Shown here in pieces: positions 54,376-64,000 of a stretch of 64,000 nt of DNA. Where the stretch lies: NCBI GenBank assembly GCA_034780895.1, contig JAUZTB010000071.1, forward strand, positions 5,678,891-5,742,890, given 5' to 3'. A model generated the notes under the pieces. It saw only the letters and a list, made by a program, of their open reading frames with translations, was not told the origin of the DNA and made no database searches. Position numbers and translations under genes: made by a program. Every line of letters begins with the position of its first letter. The stretch's first letter is position 1. The stretch comes from Rhynchobatus australiae. Lineage: Eukaryota.

Positions 54376-55514
54376 CGAATTGGTTTGAAGGTTTCTCTTA
54401 AAATTTGCTACTGGGAAATCCAAGCGAAGAAACAAAATCCACAGTGCAAACTAACACAGAGGTTGCTGGCGTAAGTTGAGTACTAAAAACCTATTAATTG
54501 TTGAGAGAAACGTCGGAAAAGAAACGGAAGGGACCAGTGATACTAATCAATAGAAAAGACCAATAATAGTGCATTGGCTACTTTTAATATTGGGAAAGAT
54601 TCCAACATGACCAACCTCCAGGAGAAGACAGCCTGCTTGACAGGCATCCTAACCACACCCTGAACTCCGGCCCATTGGGAATGCAGTGTATACAATCTTC
54701 AAAAGGCATTCTGGTGTTTCTCGAAGGCTCTTCGGAAGCACGTGTGAAACCGAAGACCTCTAATACTTGGACGAATAGTCGCAAAGGAACATTATCACCC
54801 CTTGCTGTATCACGCCGTCCGAACGTGAAAATAAATCGCCTTCTTATCGGCTGGGTCGGACCGTGGAGCTCACTGATAATGGCCAGAAGGACTAAAGCGG
54901 TTTGAGAAAGTGGCTCAGCCTTCTCAAAGGTAGCTAGACGTGGGTAAAACTGCCCTGGCAACGCTTACATCCTGCAACGACCATATAAAAGAACAAGTTC
55001 ATTAAACTAAACTAATAGTGTCCGAATCACACGACTCAACCATATTTCCCCCTATAGCCGAAGCTATCACAACCTCCTCAAGAGATGAAAGTTATAATGA
55101 GTCTCTGCGCAGGGTCTTTGAAATATGTTATAGACTTCAAGAATAACTAAACAACTTGTACTTTTGGAGACATTAAGGAAGTGTTTGTTGGAAGATCTGA
55201 GTAGCTGGCATGGAACAAGAGNNNNNNNNNNNNNNNNNNNNNNNNNNNNNNNNNNNNNNNNNNNNNNNNNNNNNNNNNNNNNNNNNNNNNNNNNNNNNNN
55301 NNNNNNNNNNNNNNNNNNNNNNNNNNNNNNNNNNNNNNNNNNNNNNNNNNNNNNNNNNNNNNNNNNNNNNNNNNNNNNNNNNNNNNNNNNNNNNNNNNNN
55401 NNNNNNNNNNNNNNNNNNNNNNNNNNNNNNNNNNNNNNNNNNNNNNNNNNNNNNNNNNNNNNTGGGTGGAAAAGATGCCACTATTTTCTGAAACAGGTTC
55501 AAAGAGCATTAAAC

Positions 55515-55700
55515 AACCAAGGAAATTCTCAGCAGGTCAGGCAGCGTCTGTGGAGAAAGAAACAGAACAGTCATCAATACTAATAAAAGGCCATCGACCT
55601 GAAATGTTAACTTGATTCTCTCTTCATAGATCCTGGTCTGCTGAGAGTGTCCATTATTCTGGTTTTTTTAGCAGATTTCATCTGCGGATTTTTTGTTTGT
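55515..55700. mobile_element. Penelope-terminal-like repeat with inverted arms and degenerate hammerhead
   Basis: CTCAGCAGGTCAGGCAGCGTCTGTGGAGA ... CTAATAA-AAGGCCATCGACCT-GAAA-TGTT-AACT ... CTGCTGAG. Confidence 0.55.
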
Positions 55701-56261
55701 TATATTTTTTAGGCATTACTACTTGCCTTTGCTTCATCTATGTATTTTATAGCATGGGAGGTGCCTGAGACGGGACGTAGGTTGGATTACATACAAGACT
55801 TTTTTTCCGTTATGAAACCGAAGGCGACAGCTTCATCTAATGGTCGAGGGAAGACTTACTGAATGACATATTCGAATTAGTTATCTAAGTTTTTAATGCC
55901 TTCGTGGAGTTGTATGTTAATCCATCGCATCTCACAACTCAGTGCAGTAAGGCACGGGAATTGGTGGAATCCAATCTCCTCACATTGACTTTTTAATAGA
56001 CTGCTTTTCAGTGGTTCTTGCGTACTACTTCAATTTGGTGGTTATTATTTAATCTTGCAATGTCAACGTCCGTGTATGTCTGTTGTGGCACGAAATTAGG
56101 CACTCCCAATAGGATATCCTTAAGTATGCTTGGACACGGTTCATGCTCACTGAAGCAAACTCCTTAGCGACAGTAGCCACTTATAAAGGAAAAGTTTATA
56201 CACGGCCCGAAGATACTGTGAATNNNNNNNNNNNNGCAAAAAAAAACGTAACCACGGGCTC

Positions 56262-56675
56262 TGTCTACACTTCCCTCTGCCTTGGGAAACAGCCAACATA
56301 ATCAAAGATCCCACCTCGCGACCATTCTCTCTTCTTCCCCCCCCCCAATCGGGCAAAAGATACAAAAGCTTGAAAATACGCACCACCAGGCTCAAGGACA
56401 ACTTCCATCCCGCCGTTATAAGACACTTGAACGTACGATAAAAATGAACTCTTGCTCTCACAACCTGCTTCGCCGCGGCCCTCCCACCTTATTGTCCGCC
56501 TGCACTGCACTTTCCCTGTAACTGTAACACTATATTCTGCATTCTCTTATTGTTTTTCCCTTGTACTACCTCGATGTACTGATGTTTTGAAATGATCTGT
56601 ATGGATGGCTTGCAAAACAAAGTTTTCCACTGTGTCCGGTACATGTGACAATAATAAACCAATTACCAATTACCA
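56262..56675 (+). mobile_element. Rex1/Babar-like LINE 3' end
   Basis: VYTSLCLGKQPT.IKDPTS..SLFFP..GKRYKSLKIRTTRLKDNFHPAVIRHLN remnants; tail GACAATAATAAACCAATTACCAATTACC. Confidence 0.8.
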
Positions 56676-57437
56676 GTTAGTGTCAGCTGTGGAAAAGTTT
56701 CTCTGCATTTATCACACTCGGTATCACACGCCCGTGTACACCTGACAATATACATCAGCTTATTAGACAACAAGGTTCGCAACATGTAGGGACCAGAACT
56801 TGCACGTCATGCAACGGCTGACATGAACAAAGTTAGCTTTATTCATAGTCTACATTAAAGAGTTAATTTGTGGAACAAGGGCGAAAAGGCGAGTTGGTTC
56901 CTCGCCTGCTTGATGTGGCCTTTATCCTTCTTTCGGAGCTTCCGGGTGTAATATGAATGCGAGCCAGGGCACAGTTGACAGAGATCTTGTAAACCCCGTA
57001 AATCTCGTGCAGTCTGGGGTTCGAGAAAGTAACAACAGGCACTACAGTGGAATTAGGAGCTCGAGTGTGAGAATTTAAAATTAGGGTACATTTATAGCAA
57101 GCCCAGTTGCTTTTGGTAAAAGAAAGGGAGACCGACTTGGACCCGAATGTACACAGGACTTGCCCTGAATCTTGAATTCTGTACTTTGTTTTAAATACTT
57201 CCGAAACATCAAAGCAGCGCCAATCGTTTAATCACGTGCTCGGCAGACTGACGACATGAATTTCTGGGGCAACACACACAAAATGCTGGAGGAACTCAGC
57301 AGGTCAGGCAGCACCGATGAATTTTGCAGTCAGGGTTATCAATCAAACCGATGCTGTCATTTACAGGCGCTCAGACGGTGGGTGGACGATGTATCCTTGT
57401 TTAAATTAACACATAAGTGTAGGGCGGGGGCCGTTGT

Positions 57438-57612
57438 TTGGGGAGAATAATGTTAGCCGTGGCTCACTGAACAGACCTGCCGCTTCTGAGTCAAAGGATT
57501 GAAACCCCATCCCAGACAACTGAGAGTAAAAATATACGCTGACGCTGTGCAGTGCTGGGGCGGTGCTGAACAGTCGGAGGTTCTGGTTTTCACACGCGAA
57601 GTTAAACCGAGA
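57438..57612 (+). mobile_element. DeuSINE 5' part (tRNA-like head)
   Basis: GCCGTGGCTCA..GCTTCTGAGTCAAAGG..CCCCATCCCAGA..GCTGAC..GCAGTGCTG..GTCGGAGG..GTTAAACCGAG. Confidence 0.5.
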
Positions 57613-57800
57613 AGGCTTCTGAGTGGACGTACAAAAGGAGGCTGTGACCTGACCAATTTTATTCCTCAACATCACAGAAACACTCCACTTGGTGTTATTA
57701 GACTATTGTTTATGCTACGGTGACATTCTCTCTTAATGGGCTCCGGCTTGAAGCTGAATACGTACTGATTTTTTACATTATAATCCTGATCTTCAAGCAT

Positions 57801-57932
57801 GGAGACAAGAGACTGCAGATACTGGAAGTCTGGAGCAACACACAACATTCTGGAGGAACTCAGCGGGTCAGGCAGCATCTATGGAGGGAAATGAACAGTC
57901 GATATTTCTGGTCGAGACCTTTCATCAGGACG
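57801..57932 (-). mobile_element. Penelope-terminal-like repeat with the best-preserved hammerhead core
   Basis: Minus strand reads GTC-CTGATGA-AAGGTCTCGACCA-GAAA-TATC-GAC at 57931-57898. Confidence 0.7.
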
Positions 57933-58809
57933 CTTAGTTACTCTTCAAGCATTACCGTATGGTTTCGAAAGAACATCGGGGTTTAATGGAAAAGAAACCC
58001 TTTCCTTGCACCGTCAGGGGACTCTCTGTTACATTAACACATCTTCACAGAACACCGGACTTTCCCTTCAAGATATTCAACCCGGGTGTGTTCATGCACC
58101 GAATATTAAACCGAGTCTCCAGTAAATTCTAATCAACCGATCGGCTGACAAACGATTGAGGCATACGTATTAAATACGACTTCATCATAAAGGGGAATTT
58201 CACATCTAACCACCGTCACTGCATTANNNNNNNNNNNNNNNNNNNNNNNNNNNNNNNNNNNNNNNNNNNNNNNNNNNNNNNNNNNNNNNNNNNNNNNNNN
58301 NNNNNNNNNNNNNNNNNNNNNNNNNNACATTGGTTCATTATTATTGTTATAATGCAAATAGCGGGTTTGTCCGACCAATCAATTAACAGTGGTATAAAAT
58401 TATTGTTTTCCTCTGGCAATGCCGCAGTTTCAAACCTCGGGAGCTTCACAATATGTTTTGCATTTTTTTAAAGGAAGTGTTTAAAAATAAACCGGAAGTA
58501 CACCTGAAGGTTCATATTAAATATTGACCATCAGTCTTCACTCTTTTCGGTGGAACCATTCCGAAATTCGACGGTGCCTTGCCAGTTTATTTTGGATAAC
58601 ATGTGAAAATTATTCCAGCTGCCTCATCAGACCAGGGAATTGTAAAATCCTCTGGGTAACAACGTACTGGAATCCAACATTCATGACCAGTTACTTGGAT
58701 TCAAGCTGATACCTGTCCCCAAATCCCTCTCTTTGCTATTTGAAGGATGTTTGTGCTCTTTATGAGCAACTAAACCTCTGTATCTGTATACCGCTAAGTG
58801 TAAACATAA

Positions 58810-58922
58810 AGATGGTAAATTGGTAAATCGGTTCATTGTTGTCACATTTACCGAGGTACAGTGAAAGGTTTGTCTTACATACCGTTCATACAGATGATCC
58901 ATTACAACAGTGCATTGACGTA
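58810..58922 (-). mobile_element. Rex1/Babar-like 3' tail fragment
   Basis: GGTAAATTGGTAAATCGGTTCATTGTTGTCACATTTACCGAGGTACAGTGAAA, same family as 3142-3240. Confidence 0.7.
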
Positions 58923-60469
58923 GTAAGAAATGCCCATTTGCTCATAGTAAGCTCTCACAGAGGCTCAAAGAACATTGCAGTAAGTACATGAAACCTACAT
59001 TATTAAGTAGGAAATATAATGAGGTGAAATTAGAAACAAAAAAACAAGTAATAGCAGATAAAAAGGCTGTTCTATCCGTTGTCAGCGATGCTTGGACCAC
59101 CCTGCCGAGTGTTCCACTTACATTTGCGTTTACATAGCTGGTATAAGTACCAGCGGCAAAGAATCCTGCAAGTAACCGCACTCCTGTGAGCAATTGGTCC
59201 CTAACCGGAGCTCATTTTTTCCTCTATACATTCACACAACATTTGTACTTCCTGATGAATCCTGCCAGGATTGTGGAAACAAATAGTTAAGCATTGTGAG
59301 GAGGAACTGACCCTACTGGGAATATATTTAATTCGTTTGAAAAATCAGAGGCCTATAATTTCTGCTAAAACATTAATAACAGCAACAGTAGTGTGAATGT
59401 AAAGCTGTCTGTCATGTGAGGAAGACAAGTTTGCGACCTCTGTCAACAGATACACACATCCACCCACTTTACTGTATGCATGAATATGTGTGCATAAGAT
59501 CTATAGAATTTGCATTTGTTCTGGTTACAAAATCATCATATTATGAGGAGGAATAAGATAGAAAACTATACCTCGTGATTTCCTTGTATCGTGCATTTAT
59601 ATGTGCGCGATTAAATGAATTATTTTAGTACTTCATCATATCTACCATTGTAAACATGTTGAATTTCAAAATAACACCAAATGTTTTCCCATCAAAAAAA
59701 GTAACCAAAGATCACAATTAATTCTGAGAACTAGCTTTCTTTGTGGCAAAGCATTTCTCCAATTCTAATCCAGAACCGGCGTGTAGGTATTAGGCACCGT
59801 ACTTGCAGATTCTCAGCACGTTAGACTATTTAATAGCTGCCCAGGAAATTCCATGTTCGGCGGGTCCATCGGGATAGCTTATTACAAATTCACATAAATC
59901 CATCTCAACTTGCTGAGCAGACCAAACCAATCCATTCTTTTCCCCCAAACAAACTGTTTTAAATTGCTGCTGAGTCATTGAATGTAATTTAAAACCGAGA
60001 CTGTGAAATAATGCGCCACGTCAGTACAGGATGTATAATAGCACCTCTGCTGAGTTATCAAGGTCGCCGTTTCCAATGTACCTCAATCAAACCAGCGAGT
60101 GCCGGTACGGAGCCACACATCGACGCATGGGGAAACATTTCCATCTGTGTTACGGTGCCTGTTATAAGTCATACTATTTATAGGTCCAGACCTTATTTTT
60201 CTTTGTGAAAACTAGCTTTTCTGATTCAACTTAGGCCAAGTGATGAATATAGAAAGGCTTTCATTTATGTTACTTTTAAAGCCTCCTCAACTTGCCCCGA
60301 AGGAATATACCACAGCATTATTTTAAAGTTCAATGAAAGTAAGAACTGCCCATTTGCTCACAGTAAGCTCACACAGAGAGCCATGAAGTAAAGGATCGGA
60401 TGAACTGATCCGGATGTTGGTTGAAGGGTGAATGGTATCGGAGAGAACAAAACGCAAGGCAAAATAAAA

Positions 60470-60565
60470 AGTGCTCTGATGGAAGGCCATCGACATGAAA
60501 CGTTAAATCTGCTTCTGTCCCCATCGGTGCTGCCCGGACTAAGTTCTTCCCAGCAATTCCTGACT
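60470..60565 (+). mobile_element. Penelope-terminal-like repeat with degenerate hammerhead
   Basis: CTGATGG-AAGGCCATCGACAT-GAAA-CGTT-AA at 60476-60506. Confidence 0.5.
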
Positions 60566-61329
60566 GTAGATCCACCAGAACATCCCTGCCCCTCTTTAGT
60601 GTTTATCATCTCTGTACGAGAAGACGGTCGTAGCTTCTGTTTAACGTCTCTTTCGACAAGCGAATTATCATTAAAAATAATTTTTTGATTATACGGGTAA
60701 AGTTCTTCCTCGAAGATCCCTATAACAGTGAGGTTTTTTTTAAAGCAAGTATTAATACGCTTGACCCTCAAATAGCCCAAACCAACTGGCATGATAAGCA
60801 ACTTTGGTTTTCATATTTATAAAACTTGATGAGCTGAGCTTTTCGGAAACTACATTGAGCTAAACAGCTGTAAAGTCGGAAGGTTCATTTGGACTCAACA
60901 TCACATCAGCGCCTTGATATATTGACGGGCTGAGAGCTATGCCGCCCTAACTTTATTTAATGTTCGTTCCGCGCCTTTCAGTGTATGTTCTAACACATCT
61001 GAGCAATATTGCTCAGTAGAGAAATTAATATGTTATTGTTTTCACTTTGGGTTTAATGGGAATAAACAGTCGACAGTTTCTCACAGTGCTGGGCAAAATA
61101 GACTAAATTGCTGCTTCACCTGTTGCTGTATGTTTGAGGCACACCCACAAATTAACATTCTTAGGACAGATTTCTTAAAGCAACTCAAAGCAGCTGACTC
61201 CTAGACGGAAGTAAATGTTGCACTATTCTGCTGGGACGAAAATAGTTGATCAGGCAACATTTTTGGGGGCCTTTTCACCAAGATACACGGAGAGTTTTCA
61301 TGGGCGATACACGGTGAGACTGGTCACCA

Positions 61330-61637
61330 GAGCAGAGATCAGGACGTTTCCCCCTGACTGGGGAATCTAGAAGTAAGAGCCGCGTTCTCAAAATAAGGAA
61401 TGAACTGTGAGGGAAAATCTTCCCTCGGAGCGTGGTGCATCTTTGGAGTTGTCTGCCTTGGAGGATTCCGGTTTGGGTCTCACTTAAAATAGAATTAATA
61501 GATTTCTGGTGGAATCAGGGAGTTATAAAGGATAGGGCAGGAAAATGGTGTCGAACTAGAACACCAGTGGTGACCTTGTTGAATAACGGAGCAGGCTCCA
61601 GGGGCTAATCCTGCTCCGACTTCTTATGTTCTTATGA
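61330..61637 (+). mobile_element. Decayed CR1 3' end
   Basis: TTTCCCCTGACTGGGGAATCTAGAA..; tail CTTATGTTCTTATG. Confidence 0.6.
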
Positions 61638-62739
61638 CCAAAAACTCTCTGGAGTTTTCATACCTTGGCCATGAAGAGGGATCAAGGTCTGAAAGAGCAT
61701 TTTCGGTTTTGGACGACAAACTGTAAGGAAGTCAGGAAAGAGCAAACCCGCCAGCTCCTTGTAATAATCTCTGCATGAGTCCTCAGTACAAAGTTAGGAA
61801 TTCAAGTGCGAGTAGGTTGGGCAAATCCGTTGGATCCGAGAATCTGACAAGGGCAGGACCTCGCTCTTCACATGAATTCCAGGCGTGCAGACATTCCTAT
61901 TCCTGATTGAAAATGTTTAATTCTGGCGTTTTCACGTGATGTCGTTCAGTTATTATTATCTGATTAGTCTTCCTTGTCGAGATGAAAACTAAAATAATGA
62001 ATCGCGAATTAATATTTAGAGCAATGCCCTATGACTGGAATGACAAGCTACGTTTCCAATAATCTTGCAGCTAATTGAGCGATTATATTTGTTTTTGCCT
62101 TCGCTGGTTCCATTGTACCGATTTTAGATATTACAAGTAGATGGTTTCCACTTCCAATGAGTTGTTGACGTTGATGCATTTCTTGGAGCTGGACCGATTT
62201 TGGTCCTCGACTCATCTCGGGGTCTGGGGGTCACTGGCAAAGCCAACGTTTGTTTCGCATTCTAACTGTCCTTGAGATGGTAGTTGTGGGCCCCTTTCAT
62301 GGACCGCTGTAGTCCTTGTGATGAAGGTGTTCCCGCAATTACTTATTGATATAGATACAATTATTTTTCCGTTTTCATTAACGTTGAGCTTGTGCAACGT
62401 TGCAGAGCAGTCAGGCAACCCACAATTAAAATACCATTTGGACCCGCGGGAATCAATTTAATCTCAAAACACATTTTAAATATTTTATTAAGAGCACAAT
62501 ACGTGCCAATGAAACTTTACCCATCGCTTACCTGTTGACTTATTACCTCCTGTCACCTCCTGCTTCTCATTTACAACCTACCCCTACTCAACACCATCCA
62601 ATAACACTTCTATTTTCCCGTGTATGCGGACGGTTTAGCTCAACCTCACCATTGACCCTCTACGCGTTTTTCGCTCAGACGTCAAACGATTTATCCATAA
62701 TTGATGAGCTGAAATTTCCGCCAACTAAATATTCCAAGG

Positions 62740-64000
62740 AATAAAGGAAATAGGCCGTGGCATCCATTCAGATTATGTCCATATCTCCACCTGGCCCTTA
62801 TGCCATTTCATTCAGAGTCCATAGATTTTTCGATCTCAGCATTTAATATGCACATTTTACCGGGTTGTAGAATTCTTCACATTTGCATCCCACTGAGTAA
62901 AATAAAAATATCTGGATCTCAGTTAACAGCTTCCTATTCTAAGACCATGTTCCAAGGTTAGTTCTGAACTCTTCAACATCCATTCCCTTAATCCCCCCTC
63001 AGAACCTTACCAGTTTCAATGAGGTCACCTTTCATTCACCCGGACGGGTCATTGTTAGTCAGCTTCTCCCTAAAGTACAACTTCCTTGTCCCGGGGGTCA
63101 CCTTCGTGAATCTCAGCTGCACCATCTACAATGTAATTGTTTTTTCAAACAGAAGTGGAGACCGACACCTCACATAGGATTCTAGGTTTGATCTCACCAA
63201 TGCCCTGCACAACTACATCATTCTTCAATTGTCTTGCATTTTAAACAAAGAAGATCAACGTAGAAATTGCTTTTGATTTAGCCGCATAAGAATTTACCGT
63301 TTTCATGAACCAGCCCTCTGCAATTTATATATGTACTAATTTAACCTAGCTCTATCACTTGCCAGATACTGTATCCTTCTTATAGTTCGCTTAACCAGTT
63401 GATTTAGTATCATCAGTAAACTTAGATATATTATACTTTGTACTATCATCCAATACCTTTATGTAGCCGAGACTTCAATTCTCAACCACTTAGCACCTCT
63501 TTCATAACATTCTGATATCTAAAAATGTGAAGTTGTTCACTTTGGAAGGGAATGTGAAAAGTATTCTAATTGAAAAAGAGAAAGATTTGCAGAATAATGG
63601 GGGTTTAGGGTCTTCATATATAAAACACAGGAAGCTGGTATACAGTGCGGCAAGTAATCAGGAAGGCTAATGGAATAGTAACTTTTATTTCAAGGGCGTT
63701 GGAGTATAAAAGTAGGAAGACTTACTGCAATTAAACAAGGCACCAGTGAGACCACATCCAGAGTACTGTGGGGCAGTGTCAATCCTCTGACTTAAGGGAA
63801 GGTATATTATAATTGAAGGCAGTTCAGAGAAGGTTGATTTCAAGCATGGGGAAATTATCTAATGAGGGAAGGTTAAGAAAATTGGATCTATATACAATGA
63901 AATTTAGAAGAATGAACGGCGATTTTATTGAAACATTCAAGTTTCTTAAGGGGCAGAACAAAGTAAAAGCTTGGAGGATATCTACTCTCATGGAAAAGAG
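62740..64000. mobile_element. Decayed CR1 fragments (minus at about 62740-63490, plus at about 63520-64000)
   Basis: Plus-strand KCEVVHFGR..RKANG..FISRALEYKSR..VRPHPEYC..RRMNGDFIETFKFLKG remnants. Confidence 0.7.

Noticed and set aside
54584-54973. 125-aa minus-strand ORF and a cag|GAT|gtaagc 3-nt microexon-like site
   Set aside because: No recognisable homology, stops in all three frames after the acceptor, and no host gene.
59122-59165. 44-nt minus-strand exon-like unit (ttgcag|...|gtaagt)
   Set aside because: Weak polypyrimidine tract, no recognisable peptide and no partner exons.

Overview
Vertebrate genomic DNA with many N gaps. It is most likely from a cartilaginous fish (shark or ray), inferred from its CR1, V-SINE, DeuSINE, Rex-Babar and Penelope-type repeat content. 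The only protein-coding gene I can support is a minus-strand Polycomb group RING finger gene of the BMI1/PCGF2 pair, best called PCGF2 (Mel-18). Seven coding exons are visible between 30351 and 14993, with canonical GT-AG boundaries wherever they are sequenced and BMI1/PCGF2-type lengths. The two small exons expected after the second coding exon are not visible and probably lie in the 100-N gap at 23875-23974. The start of the last exon lies in the gap at 15281-15601. A CpG-island promoter lies at about 39.5-40.6 kb, inside a broad CpG-rich domain. The rest is intronic or intergenic DNA with decayed retroelements and microsatellites. Highlights: (1) a dispersed family of short Penelope-terminal-like repeats carrying minimal type I hammerhead ribozyme motifs with covarying stems; (2) a possible in-frame 111-aa hydrophobic N-terminal extension of PCGF2 from exon 1; (3) a BMI1/PCGF2 mosaic protein sequence; (4) candidate antisense exons and RFX X-box elements; (5) templated inverted insertions. 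All calls were made by eye, no searches were run, and repeat boundaries are approximate.
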